Source: Felis catus
Lineage: Eukaryota
Assembly: GCF_018350175.1 (NCBI RefSeq)
Contig: NC_058368.1
Span: forward strand, 189,226,001-189,290,000
DNA: 64,000 nucleotides
Reading direction: 5' to 3'
A program made the position numbers and the translations under genes. The notes under the pieces are model-generated. The model did no database searches, was not told the origin of the DNA, and saw only the letters and a list, made by a program, of their open reading frames with translations. Below, piece after piece: positions 36,901 through 50,410 of the stretch (positions within the stretch are counted from its first letter, which is position 1; each line of letters starts with the position of its first letter).

Positions 36901-39900
36901 TAAGGATGGTGTTTACCTACCTTCCCGGATTTTTTGCTTATTTTCTACTGCCAGACTTAACAGGTACCACCATCAGCTATCTCCCAAAGTAGCCAGTGGC
37001 ATCTGGGGTCAATGACAATGGCCCATAACAACTCAGCACTGAGAACTCTCAGTATCTCCAGCCACATCCTTGTGAGTCTGGTCAGGAGCCTGTGCCTTGC
37101 AGGCTCTGGTCTAACCACTTCCAACTAAACTCTGGTGCAGATGCCATCACAGCTCTAAGCAAGGGAATCTCACTTTTATCAGGCTTCCAGGTTTCACCAG
37201 ATTAAAACCATCAGCTGCAAGGAAAAGGATGCATAAAGAGGATTTGTTTCTGACAGTCACCTGAAGCACTATGTGACAAAGCAGCCTCAGTTCTAAAGTG
37301 GTCCCAAAGCATAGGCCCCAGAGGCAGTTCCACAGCAAGGCACTAATTACTCTTTCTGAGAAATTGCCTTATTTCAAAGATTTAGTGCCCAAAGGCATTG
37401 CCTATCAAAACTCAGCTTAAAGAGGCATTTTAAGAGGGATAGCTTATTCAGTGACTTACGGGCTCTGTGCTAAAATCCTTGACCCCAAATTATCCTCACC
37501 ACTTGTCATTTGGCCTGATAGTCCATTGTAATAGAGTCAGTCCTTTGGTTCTTGAAGATTTTCTGGTTGATTAAATAGAAATATTCTCAAAAGACTCAAT
37601 ACTTTAAGCCATTATTAATTTTGCCTCAGTTTCCTCTCTCATTCCAAATTGTCCTGTGAAGCTACCTACTCCACCTCATCAATTCCTGCCATCATCTGAA
37701 CTCCTGATACCCTATACATCTAGTCATTTTTAACCTACAGTTTTGCCAGTACCTGGTGCTATGTGTTCAAATCTTATTCCCAAAGTACAGATGAGAAAAA
37801 TCTAAGCTATGAATTTCATTCTTTAACTCTTTGGTGATATCTAAGACAGGACTCCCAGAGTTTAGTTTCAATATCAACTTTACCTTGCAAACGTGATGAG
37901 GTAAATGAAGAAGATTACCATAGATTGCCAAGAATTTTTAAACAGAGCTGTTCTGTTTTTCTGATACCATGGATGTGCTAAAATTATAAATAGCAAGCTA
38001 GATACAGATGCATTATATCTTAGATACAGTACCTCCAATGATTGCTTTCAGCACTGCCTTCAGTGCAGGAGATAGAAAGATCTGCCATAGTACCATAACA
38101 GACTAAACCTTTACAAGAGTGTTTTTGTGTTGGTCCTCATCGGGTAAGTGATCTGGACACAGTGTGTTACAAGAATACCCTATGGTTTCTACAATGTTCC
38201 AAAGTTGCCGTACCACTAAAGAAAGAACAATATAAATGTATTAACACAGAGATGGAAAGAATGTAAGTCCCATCCTTCAAGGTAGCTGACCAATAGAGTG
38301 GCTCTTAAAACAGTGGAATGTTATGTAATTCCAACGTGAAAATTGATTCTGGTATTTTTAAATTAAAAAAAAATTTTAAAGACAAATATAAAAGCATGGA
38401 CGTAAAAGAAGATAGGAGGAAAACACGAAAAACAAGAATCTGTGCAGATGATGACAAGATTGTGAAGGTCTCCTCAGCAGCTAAAAGGTCAGATATTTAC
38501 GAATTTTTATATATTAAAAATTGATACCAGCATGACCTCATTAAAGAGCTAATATTAGTAGAGAAGGATAGGTCAGTGTCAAAAACAATGCCCAATTCCT
38601 AGCACAATGTACCCGGCTTAGTCAACTTTTGTCAACCTCAACAAAACACTAGCACAGACAGGATACATGCTGTCATTCCCAATTAACACAACCTCTGGTT
38701 TGTCCATGTTTAGTGTCAAGAAATTAGGCCCCATGCACGAAGAGACAGCCATTAGGCCCTGGTGTCCCATTCACACCTGTCTCGCATACACCTTGGCCTG
38801 ATTACTTATTAACGTTACCATCCCAGTGTTGGTCACATTTTCCCCATTATTTCATTTTTTATGTAATGCCAGAACGGCCACCTTTGTAAGCAAAGCAGGG
38901 GGATGACACACTGCCTCCTTTCCCTAACCAAAAAGCATAAAGCTAGCCAGAGGAAATACACCAAAAAGCACGTGTTCTCTGGTGATCCAAAAACATGATC
39001 CTGGCCAAAAACCAACACTGAAGGGATCTTAAGGGATGAACTTGGCTTTCCATATGGATCTGCGTTGACTCCCAAAGAACTCTGCCCACTGAAAGACGGT
39101 GTCAGCCAGCGCGTGCTTACTTAGCAGTGGGATGTTCAGGACACATGGCGAGTGCCCCCCAAGACAATTGTTTGTTAATCTCCCTTACAAATAAACTGAG
39201 GCAGAATAGTCCCAGGGCTTCACATATGAAGACTGGCAAGCACTGAAATGAGGCTTATCCTCTGACAAGCTCCTTTTTTTTTTCTATTTTTTATCTGTTT
39301 AGCAACCAGAACTGGATCAATTCCCAAAGTTCAGTGCAGTTTTCAGGGTTTATAGGCATTCCATAGTTCCTAAGGAACAGAGTATAAAAATCTGGTAGAG
39401 TGAACCAAACTAATAAAATTGAGAATGCAAAATACCACCCCCCCCCCACACACACACACCGATTCTAGCTATTGGGGGTTTTCCAGGTCCATTAACAGAA
39501 GTGTGTTATCATTTTTTACCAGAGGTCAGTGTTAAAAGTCCCCTTGCTGCTTCAGACCTACGCTCAGAAATTTGAAAGATGGGGAGATTTGGCTTGGCTC
39601 ATCCTATTTAATTTGCACTATGCCTGGATCTGTCAGGTTCTAAAGAAAGATACAGCCCAGGAGATTTGGGAACTTCCTAATGTGAGTCAAGTTGGCAGCC
39701 CGCACACTTGGCTTCCACTGATTACAGCTTCAGTTTCTGACCCCCAGGAGGCCAAACCAGCAAGAGGAAAATGTGTATAGTAAATGTTGAGACCTAGGTC
39801 CATAATGAAAGTGCCCCCCTTTCATTATGCTGGTGCCTGTCTTCTGGCAAAGTCCACTTTTTAGAGCCGATGCCTTCCCTATGGCATGGAATTGAAGAGA

Positions 39901-39914
39901 AATATAAAAACCTC

Positions 39915-40150
39915 ACATCAACCCAAATGCCCAACAATAGAAGAATTGTCTAAAACAATGTGGCCTCCGTAAGACTGAGTACTGGCAGCACCTATAAATC
40001 ATTTTTTATATTATTTAATTACATGGGAAAACGCTCAAAATGCTAAGTTAAAAAGTGGAATACAATACTGTAATTTATAGTATCGTCACAAAAAAAGTAC
40101 AAACTGGTTATGTGTATATGGTGAGATTTAATTTAAATTGAATTTTCTAA
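39915..40150 (+). mobile_element. Old L1 3' UTR remnant (L1ME/MC-like)
   Basis: aacccaaatgcccaacaatagaagaattg...acatgggaaaacgctc. Confidence 0.55.
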
Positions 40151-42169
40151 TAAGTTTTGCCTGAGATAGGATGATAATTCTTAACGTGTGTGTGACAGGA
40201 GAAATCCACCCTTTCATCCTCCCTGATCTCTGAGAAAGAACTGAAGTTGCTTAGACAGATTATCTCTAGAAAATGTACTGAGAGCCACAGCAGAACTAGC
40301 CTCCCATGGTGGGAAAAGCGAGGGGACTGGGAAGCTGATGGGTGGAGCCATCATGCAGGGCAAGAGTGTTCTATTGGGGAGGGCGTGGGAGGGAGAGGGA
40401 GAGGTTGAAAGAGGAGAGAGGGATAGGAAGAGAAATGGAGACTCTGGATGTTTTCTGGTACCAGAGAAGAAATGGGGGAAGAAGAGATTTAAATAAGAGT
40501 CCACGTGTTGGAAGTTCTTCAGTGGCTTTCCACATATGACAGAAATGTAGGTAAAGATGGTTATTTCTGGCTGGATCACTCATGCTTCTTTAAATAAGAC
40601 CCTGCTCTATGGCAGGGGATATCACAACTTCATCAGAATTATGTATGTTTTCCAAAATTTCCACAACGCATAAATTTTACTCGTATACTCGTAAAACAAG
40701 TAAATCAATAAATAGAAGCTGGATCCTTCCAACAACTTATTTGGCTGATGAACTATGGCTACTCTCCTTGGCTACAGAAAGTTACAACATGTCTTTACCT
40801 TACAAGGCAAAAGTGACAACTAGTTGTTTTTTTGAATCAGTTAATGAACTCAATAAATATTCATTGAGCATCACCTCTGTGCTAGACACAGTGGAACATA
40901 CTTGACATCTAGTATTGAGCAAACCAGCCATAGCCCCTGACCTTAAGAGGGGCAAGAATGGAAGAAAGAGGCTAAAAGCGCATCTCTAGGACCATCTGGG
41001 TAGTGCTCCAAACCAGCCCTTGATAATGCAAATACCCTCCCTGAATGTTCCTTGAAAAGTAAGAGACAAAGCCAAGGTATAAAGTCCGTTCTTAATTAAG
41101 CATCATTAAGAATCAATTTTAGTCTGGAACTAGTGGCAGATTAAAATAAATAAATAAATAAATAAATAAATAAGCAAAAGTGTAAGACAGTTCTCTTAAG
41201 AAGGATAAAGTTCTTGTTATTCATTGTAATGCAATGCCAGGAAGTGAAGTGTTGGTGAGGTGAATTCGGGGTGGAGAAAGAATCCCAGCCTTCTAGGCTC
41301 TGTAATTTGGAGGCTATTAAAATCCTCTCACCCTTTCTTTTAATGCATTTGTTACAGAGGAGCAGTTGCCCAGAGTTTGTCAGTAACAGCTCAGCATATG
41401 CAGAAAATCAATCCCAAACAAAGTTCAAAGAAATCTTTTCAAAGCTCTGTTTGAGGTGACAAATGGTTGCTAATGAATGATGGAGGCCCAGTCCTCATTT
41501 GACTGACAGGTGAAAGGATAGCTGACTGGGGAAGGACCACCTGCTCACTCCTGGCCCAATTAAGACCTCCAACTGTTTACAGTAACATGAGATTCACATT
41601 AATTGATTCCCCTTCTTAATCTGCCCCAGAAAAAAATCCAATGTGAGATGGAAACTCTGAGGAATGATCATAAAATAAACTGACATGGATTGTTTCCACA
41701 TTTCCATGACCTTAAGCTGCCAATGGCTCCTCCTTTCTTTTCAAACCACAGTCCTCCCTACTTGTCTTTGAACCATGCCCTCTTTCACCTACCCAACCAC
41801 CTTTGAGAGAGAGAGACATGCCAGAGTTTGATTCAATTCCTGCCAGAGTTTTCTGTCCTAACTGATACGGGTCAGCAAGTGCACTTGATGGGTCTTTGCA
41901 GCCCCTACAGAGAACCAAAGTTTTTGTCCCAGACAAAATCACGGCCATGAAATTGACTGTGAACTTCTCAGACATTCTTCCACTGGATCTGAGCTAACCT
42001 CCTTAACTTGGGTAAGAACATTCCCTCCTGTTTTGTGTTTATAAAACTCCACATCTAGGTCTGGATTCAATTTGTTATTTGTTACATTGTATTTAAAAGT
42101 GAAATTGGCTTTTCATTTCCCTATTTTTCCTCCATTATGATGGACTTCCTTGGTTGTTGGGAATGACTG

Positions 42170-42560
42170 CTTATATCCAACAAAAGACATGCACAAAAAT
42201 ATTCATGACAGCTTCATTCATGATAGCCCATATTGTAAATAACCCAAATATCTATTAAAAATAGGATGGGTAAATATATTATGGCATATTCACACAGTGA
42301 AAAAAAAATAATAAACTTCTGGTTTTTGCAAAAACTCAAAGGAATCTCAAGGACAAATTTTTGAATGAATAAACCCCCATCCAGACAGGACCATTAAGTA
42401 CCTGGGGGAACTGATTGGGAAGAGGCCTGAGGAAACCTTACTAAGGTACTAGGAATTTTCTATATCTTGATCTGGATCTGTTTACTCGAAGGTGAACATA
42501 CATGAAAATTCATTAAGCTAAAATTTGCATGCTTTACTGAATGTAAGTTGCACCTTAAGA
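42170..42560 (+). mobile_element. Old L1 3' UTR remnant
   Basis: caaaagacatgcacaaaaatattcat...aacccaaatatctatt...ttctatatcttgatctgg. Confidence 0.7.
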
Positions 42561-42839
42561 AATGTAATAATCAAACAGATTTTGCAGTTTCACAGTTTAT
42601 TGGGACCTGGGTAGGGATGGGAGAATTCACTAAAAGAATCCTGTTTGAGGATCATGAACCTTCTTTGACTGGCAAATGTAGTGGGGTTCTTCAGTAGAGT
42701 AGTGGTAATGACAATAACAACAACAGCAATAAACTGTGTTTTAATGGTCTTTACAGTACAAGAGTGATATAAAACACCATGTAACTATTCATTTTTATTC
42801 CATAATTTATATACATAGTTTCAGCAAGACTGAAGGGCT

Positions 42840-43316
42840 TATGGTAGACTGAATAATGACCCTTCCCCCAAAGACACGCACCTCCTAATCCCTGGAACCT
42901 GTGAATGTTACTTGACATAACAAAAAAGACATTTCAGGTGTGATTAAAGATCATGAGATGAGGAGATTATCCTGGATTATCTGAGGGGCCCAATGTGATC
43001 ACACAGGTCTTTGTGAGAGGGCAGCAGAAGGCTATTTGACCACAGTAGAGGAGAAAGCAATGTGACTGCAAAAGCAGAGATTGGGATGATGCAGCCAGAA
43101 GCCAAGAAATGCCAGCAGCCGCTAGAAGCAGAAGAGGCAAGGAATGAACTCACCCAGGAGCCTCCAGAAGGAACTAACCCTGTTGACACTCTGCTTTAAC
43201 CTCATAAGACTCATTTTTTACTTCTTTCCTTAAGAACAGTAAGAGAATATATTTGCATTGTTTTAAGCCACTAAATTTGTGGTTACGTGTTATAGCAGCA
43301 ACAGGAAACTAATACA
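42840..43316 (+). mobile_element. MLT1C/D-type MaLR solo LTR, near full length
   Basis: tggtagactgaataatgacc...ctaatccctggaacctgtgaatgttac...gagattatcctggattatc...gttttaagccactaaatttgtgg...gcagcaacaggaaactaataca. Confidence 0.92.
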
Positions 43317-44194
43317 GGACTCAAGATCACACTGCCTATCTCCCAACTTGCTCTTAGATCCTTTAAGTTAGAATTTAATCTTCTTCCACCACTTTCACCA
43401 CACCAAGCACATGACATAGAGCAAACCAGGATCCTAAGTCCTAAAGGTATAGCAATAGGGCATGAGATTAGCATGGACAGGAAGCACAGTGGACTCCACC
43501 AAGTCATCTCCAGGCTCCCTTTGGGCATCATTAGAACCTTCCAGGTAAGAGTTGGTAAAATATTCTTGCTACTAAAACTCAGCTTTCAAGTAGTGAAAGA
43601 AGTTCACAAAAGAGCTGCCAAAATATTTTCAGTGAGTGTCATTCCTAGATGGGTCTAGAAACCTCCTGGGCAAGAGAGCCACATATTTTTATTGAGTTTT
43701 ATGTCTATGGCATACAACTCAAAACACCAAAGTAAATTTTCCAACTGTGGTTTGAGTTATCTGGTTTGGCCACCAATAAAGATCCAATTTTCCAGTGGGA
43801 TGTTAAGTCTCCCAGCCACTCTGTGGTAATTGGGATATTTTATTTATTCATTCACTCACTCATTCAACACTTATTGAGCTGTTACTCTGTACCAGATAAA
43901 CAGAAAGTAGAAGAGAATTGGAATAACTGAGTTCCTACTCTCAGAAACTGCTTACGGTCTGCTGCTGAGATTTCTAGAGAGTGTGGCCGACGGGGTAAAA
44001 AAATAAAGAAAAAACCCCCCAGTAATTTGAGAGCCACTGGTCCCCTTAAGTAAACCACTTCTCACTAAGACATTGGCTAATACTAAAAAGTCAGTGTGTT
44101 GAGGGTAACAACTTGGTCTTTTGTGCTATTTGTCAACTGGTAATTGCTATGGTTAAATGATCAATAATATGTAATGAAGAGGGGAGTGGGACAG

Positions 44195-44292
44195 AAGGCA
44201 GAAGGGACAGTGGGAGAAAGGAAAGTAGGGAGAGAGCAAAGGAGGGAGGGAGGGAGGGAGGGAGGAAGGAAAGAAGGAAGGAAGTGGGGGGC
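44195..44292. repeat. Purine-rich low-complexity tract including (GGGA)n
   Basis: Directly visible. Confidence 0.85.
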
Positions 44293-45699
44293 AAACTTCT
44301 GGGTAGGCCACTAACCACCCACACTACTGTCACATTAGTCTTCTATTTTCATATTCTGCTTCTACCAATTTGTGATCTCCTTGAGATTGAGGGTCACATT
44401 TTATTCATTTCTGTAACCCCAACACAGCACATTTCAGCACTTAATACAAATAATTTTGGATCAATGAATAATTCACAAGACACTGTGAGACAATTTCAAA
44501 ACTAAAAAGCCATTCAACCTACTTGACCTTCTTGTAGCCCCTTGGTCCAGGTCAGCTCCTACAATTTTTACCAAGCGCTGCATCCCCTGGGACTAGGGAA
44601 TTTGAGTATTATCTTTAGATCAGCAGACAAGTGTGTCCTGTGGCCAAAGCAGATAGGATGTACAAGAAAAACAATGAATGAACGAGGATAAGCTTGCCCC
44701 AGGTAAATAGAGCATCACTTGGTCATTTTAAATTGCCAGCATAAATATTTATGGGGGAGAGGTCATATAACAAAACCAACCAGAAGGTAGTGAGATGGCA
44801 TCTGTCTCTTTCTAGTCTCGGAGCAGAGCAAAGAAGCCCTGGATCTCTATGATGCCCTACATCATTTAAAAGAATTAATCATTTCACACCAGACGGAGAC
44901 CAACAGTGAAGTTAGTTGAGGGAAGTTTGGAAACCTGAGGAAAACAAGGTTTTCCAGCTGCCACTGCGTTTCTGAGTTTCTCAGAGGAGCTCTCAGCTCT
45001 GTTTATCGGTTTCACATCTCCTTGTGTGTGATTTTTCAAGCTCTTCACTGTGAACTGGGGACTGACTGGGAGGTGCGACTTTCCCATCAGTTTCTCCTCT
45101 CAGGAGAAATTGGAAATATGTATCTTGAAGCTGCCTGAAAATTTCTTTAGATGGAAGATTAACTGTCTAGCTGCTGCAGTGTGTGTTCGGTGGGCAAGTG
45201 GCATGCTTCTCTTCCCTGCCCTAGCTCTTCTGTTATTTGTCAGTGAAGGATTCCTGGGTGTGAGGGTGGAGAGGGGGGCTGGCATCTGCCTTGGTTGGCT
45301 CCCAAAAGCTATTCCTGGCCAGTAGCCTCCCAGAGCGAAGGAGTCATGGCCAGGCCCTGCGGCAACCTGGGTAATGTAAATAGGTGTTTGGCCTTCAGGT
45401 AGTGTGGGAATCATATCTGCAGGTTTGCATTTTCCATCGTTAAAACCTTTGTAAGAATATTGGCCAAGATATAAAACAAAGCCACAATTGTTTCCCTAGC
45501 CCAAAGACAAGAATGGTCACCTGCGTTTGCTTGGAAGAGGAGCCAGGATTGCCCTGAGCAAGCTCTGAGAAGCATAATATTTTCTTTGCAACCACCATAC
45601 TGGCTCCCGTAGCTTTCCCTTAGTCCTATGGTTTCCAATCTCCATCAGAGGAAAAGCCAATCATGACTGTCAACTTTGGCCGACCCTCCTACTTCAGAC

Positions 45700-46080
45700 A
45701 TGCTGCCTCTGACACCCACACGCTCAGTCCCTCACTTCTTCAGGCTTCTGCTCAAACTTCCCTTTGTCTGTGGCCTCTCCTGTTATCCTATCTAAAACTG
45801 AGATAGCACCTGAAATATCTGAAACAGCACCTCTCTTAATCTCTGGCTCTCTATTCCAGCTTTATTTTCCTTCATAGCATTCAGCACCACCTGATACACT
45901 GTGTATTTTTTTGTTTGTTGTCTGTTTTCGCCCACTAGAATGTAATCTACTAGAATGCAGGGACTTAGGTTTTTTGGGGGGTCACTTATGTATGGATCCC
46001 AGCTGGAATAGTCCGTGGTGTGTAGTTGATGCTAAAAGAATTTTGTGGAATGAATGAATGAATGAATGAATGAATACATG
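45700..46080 (+). mobile_element. L2 3' end with (GAAT)n tail
   Basis: cccactagaatgtaatctactagaatgcagggac...gaatgaatgaatgaa. Confidence 0.8.
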
Positions 46081-46779
46081 GCTCTGCCAGACCAAGGTTC
46101 TTCTCTTAACAAGGAACTTTTGTTGAGAACTGGATTGTCCATTGCACACTAATATCGAAAAGAGGAAATGGGCCTGGAATCTACTTAGCGTGTTAATAAT
46201 CCATTTTAAACCTACCACCCATGAACTTAATTCCTGTTAGCCTCTCATACAATCAGACATGAGTAGCAGTTATTGGTTTGCTAGAATATACAGGTAGGAG
46301 GCTTGGTGTGAGTAGAGAAATAATGAATGGAACAGACCCTTCCCCTGCCCTCAGGGGGCTGAGCTTGGCAGGAAAGACAAAAATTGAAGTAAGCAATAGC
46401 AACGAGCCCTCTTGAGGGTTATGATGGGCGAGTACAGGGAGCTACAAGGGTACAATGCCTGTGGCCTACCTGCTCTGGGGCCAATCGTCTTCTAAGAAGT
46501 CATAAAATAACTTTCCTCTCTGAGTGCTAATGAACAATTTTCCTTGCAAACAATGTAGTGCTTAATTCAAACCTAAAACCATAGTGTTTTATGATAGCCC
46601 TTGAGAAGCACCATATAGCCAAGAATCACTGAGATGAACCACAGGCCAGTTGGAGGAAAGGGAGCTGGAAATGATGTTTCTTGCACTACCCGCATGTGTT
46701 AAACATATGCCAGTAGTCTCCCCTTCTCTTTCCTTCTTTCTTTCAATCTTATCCTCTGTGTATGCCCACACTTATATAT

Positions 46780-46960
46780 GCATGTGGAGGTTCACTGAAT
46801 TCTCATAATAGTCCTCCTGAGGTAGATACTAAAGACTCCAGTTTAAAAGTGAAGGGATAGAAGTTCAGAGAGGTTGTGTAACTTGTTCAGAGTGACACAG
46901 CTAGTAAGTGGCTAGCCTGAGGTTCAAAACCAGGTGCAAATGGCTTTCAGAGCAGGTCTT
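46780..46960 (-). mobile_element. MIR
   Basis: gttcagagaggttgtgtaacttgttcagagtgacacagctagtaagtgg. Confidence 0.8.
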
Positions 46961-47699
46961 TCTAGGTTCCTCCAGTGCTGCTCCCTAGGCTTGTGCTTCT
47001 GCTGTAGAGTGCCAGGTCCCCTTCTAGTGTCTGTCAGTACCTAGCTTTAAGGGGTTTGCATAGGGCGAGTATTGCTTATAATCCCTGTGTGCTAACAATG
47101 TTTTGGTCTTACAGGAAAGAAGGTCTGCCAGTCATATGGGACAGGGAGAGGGTCGAATGCATGTCCCTACAGGGATAACCATGGCTTCTGGTCCTGGCAA
47201 GGAATTAAGGCTGAGTATCAGACTATCCCGGACACCCTGCAGGGATTTCCTGTGGTGACCAAGGTGGAGAACGAAGAAAACAATGGACTCTTTCATAAAC
47301 TTCTGGGTGACCTGGGCAAATCATTTATGTCATATACTTCCCTTTCTTCACTGGTAAGATGAGGCAGAAATAATACTCAGCAGCCCCACACAGGGACAGA
47401 GATTCATATAAAAGTCAAGTTCCCAAAATGAAGCGACACAGACACGAACACAGGATTTTTTATTACTACAGGTAGAAGTTCTTGGAGGGAAATGAAAAAG
47501 GGGAGGGCCTTTAAATTTTCTGCGACAGGACTCAGCTGCCCTGAACCATTACTGCGAGGCAAAATCTTGTACTCTATCTGCTTCTCCCCACGAGGGAATA
47601 GTCAGAGGGCTCCACCTGCAATGTCGCTTTCATCCATCTTCACGTTTGCCATCTAAAGAGCTCATCTTGAAAAATAGAAACTAATAACGATAATAATCA

Positions 47700-47900
47700 A
47701 CTCTACATGGGTGAAGCATTCTGCAGGTTATAAGTACTTTCATATGTAGTGTTAATCTGAACTTTGCAATTCAGTAACAAATTATTAGCTCCCCATTTTA
47801 CAGATGGGAACTGAGGCTCAGAGAACTAGAAACTTGACTTAATGGTAGAGACAAGACTCAAAAGCGGTTATTTTGACTCTTCATTCGGTGATCTTTCTAC
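47700..47900 (-). mobile_element. MIR
   Basis: ccccattttacagatgggaactgaggctcagaga. Confidence 0.8.
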
Positions 47901-48865
47901 ACACCTGATTACACAGTTATGATGAGCACATCACTTGTTAAACAGAATAGCCCCCCCAAAGTCCAAGTTGTGAAATGGTCACCTGGAGAACAAAACCTTT
48001 CCTACATAGTGCTGTTACTCAGTTGGTATTCATTTTTAAAGACTGCACGACTTCTTTTATTTTCACAAAACCCCAGGATGAGTATGCCAGCACATCATTC
48101 ATTTGAATCCCCCTCCTTGTCAGTTGGGCTTGGAATTGGGAATCATGTTCTTGGTATTTTTCTCCAGAAATGAAATTAACAGAGTCTGACTCTCAGAGCC
48201 TTGGCTTTCTTTTCATTACTTTTGGATGGAAGAGAAACATGAACGGAGGTAAGGGAAGGATCTGGCACAAGCTTGGGGCCTGACATGATGGAATAGCCAT
48301 CCGCAGATATCGGCAGTCAGTGCATTCAAAATCACATTGTGGACCTATACAGATCATCTGAGAAACTAACCCCTGAACCTATGTACCACACTGGTACTCC
48401 ACTGGGGTCTCTTTCAAACAGGTTGTCCTAAATTACCAGAATAATTGATATCTACAGCTATAACAATTTCGGTATTCATATGGCATGCACACTTTTATTC
48501 ACTTGGATACTGAAAGGATTTTCAGAAGGTTGTGGGAGGTAATCATGAGAAGTAACTCCACTCAGTTTAATCTTAAAATGTACCATTTTTGTGGGCTTAT
48601 TATTTCCTTTAGAATCCCCAAGCACACTGACTGTCCCTAAGCCATCATCCTGATACTCAGAGCTCACAAAGCCAACGCTTTAATTGTGCAATGACAAATG
48701 ATAATCTGATAATGTCCTGAGACCCAGGAAAATTCTGTGTTGATCCCTGAATCACCAAAGGAAAATCCAACAGTTGTCATTCTTGTAGATAGCAGATTTC
48801 TTGTGTTCCATCCTTTGCATTGTTCATCCATTAGTGGCATACATGTTAACTTTCCACTCAACCCT

Positions 48866-49030
48866 ACCAGAGCTGGCAACCTGTGCAAGTCACATCAGGG
48901 CCCACGCTTAGAAGGCTCTCACGTATTGCTTAATACTTTGCTGTTGCTGTCTTGAAATCTTTAACAATTTGAACCGAGGACTTTGCATTTTCATTTGCGC
49001 TGGCCCCTGCAAATTATGAAGCTGGTGCCG
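48866..49030. mobile_element. MER53-like hAT MITE
   Basis: acctgtgcaagtcacatcagggcccacgcttagaagg...tgctgttgctgtcttgaaatc...ggcccctgcaaattatgaagctgg. Confidence 0.6.
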
Positions 49031-49944
49031 ATCCCAAGAATGTAAGCTCCAATGTAAGCTGAGATTCTTGTCTCTTTTGTTCACAGATAATCCCTAGAAT
49101 GGTGCTGGGCACTGTTCTTAATAAATATTTGTTGAATGAATGAATGAGTAAATGAATGAATACCAAGATGCTCAAGTAATGAGAATCAATCTCAGGCCAA
49201 GCCAGGGAACATAGCTGCTCTTATTTATTATTTCTGTTCCTTGAGCCCTGAGTCCAAACATTCCAAAGTTAGGTTATAGGTCTAAATAATTGTTTGAGGA
49301 TGGAGAGCTGGCAAGAAAGGGAGAAACAGGGGGCCCAAAAGAGATACAGCCAAGCCTACTGAGAGACACTGCCCAAAGATTCTGAAGGAAGAGGCATGGT
49401 GTGTTCCCTGAGCCAGAGAGCAGAACAGTCAAGTTCCGCCTTTCAATTCACCGAGGGGAATTTTCTTTAATGTAAGCCAGATTTCTCGGAGAGTTTTCTG
49501 ACTTGCAACCTCAGTCCTACTCGATCAATGCCCCTCAGGTCTCGTAGGAGGAAAGCAGGCCAGCTGTAGGCCCAGACACACCCGAGCCTTGTCAATGGGT
49601 TTCCTCAGCAGCTATGTTGAGTTTTTGAGCTCCAGCAGTGGGGCTGTGGATGCAAAAGCCACTCTCCTGAAATTTGCAGGCAGTGTCAGAGAAGACCAAG
49701 AAAAGAAAAAGAAGCTGGGACCTGAGGAAGTCAATTCTACCCAGAGCTGCCCCATGGAAGCAGAGGTGATTGGAGAACAGGTGAATACACATTAGTGTTG
49801 CTCACGCAGAATGTACAAGAGTAGAGAGTTTAATGTGGATGAAGCCAATTTTCATAGATTTTATTGGTCAATTTTAGTCTTTGAGGACTTAATTGCCATG
49901 TTGATATACTCTCATTAGTTTTTAAAAATCTATGTGCACTTCAT

Positions 49945-50352
49945 TTTTTTAAGTTTATATTTAAATTCCATTTAGTTAACATACAGTTTAATATTAGTTT
50001 CAAGTATACAATATAGTGATTCAACATTTCCATACATCAGCCGGTGCTCATCATAAGTGTACTCCTTAATCCCCATCACCTCTTTTACCCATTTCCCCCT
50101 GCCCCTGCCACCTCCCCTCTGGTAACCATCAGTTTGTTCTCTGTAGTTAAGAGTCTGTTTCTTGGTTTGCCTCTCTATTTCCCCCCATCTTTGCCCATTT
50201 GTTTTGTTTCTTAAATTCCACATATGAGTGAAATCATATCATATTTGTCTTTCTTTGATTGACTTATTTCACTTAGCATTATACTCTCTAGCTCCATCCA
50301 TGTTGTTGCAAATGGCAAGATTCCATTCTTTTTTTACGGCTGAGTAATATTC

Positions 50353-50398
<46 letters not shown>

Positions 50399-50410
50399 AT
50401 GTATGCCACC
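49945..50410 (-). mobile_element. 5'-truncated carnivore L1 3' end (antisense) containing an expanded (TG)n at about 50355-50397
   Basis: ttagttaacatacag...caatatagtgattcaaca...ccctctggtaaccatcagtttgttctct...ttccacatatgagtgaaatcat...catgttgttgcaaatggcaagatt. Confidence 0.92.

Noticed and set aside
45880..45900. ttcagcaccac resembling a REST/RE1 half-site
   Set aside because: The right half-site is missing and it lies inside an L2 remnant.
49589..49795. Exon-like purine-rich ORF ending near cag|gtgaat
   Set aside because: No convincing acceptor or recognisable product; it may be old LTR-derived sequence.
49972..50223. 83-aa minus-strand ORF
   Set aside because: It lies in the L1 3' terminal region and is not a gene.
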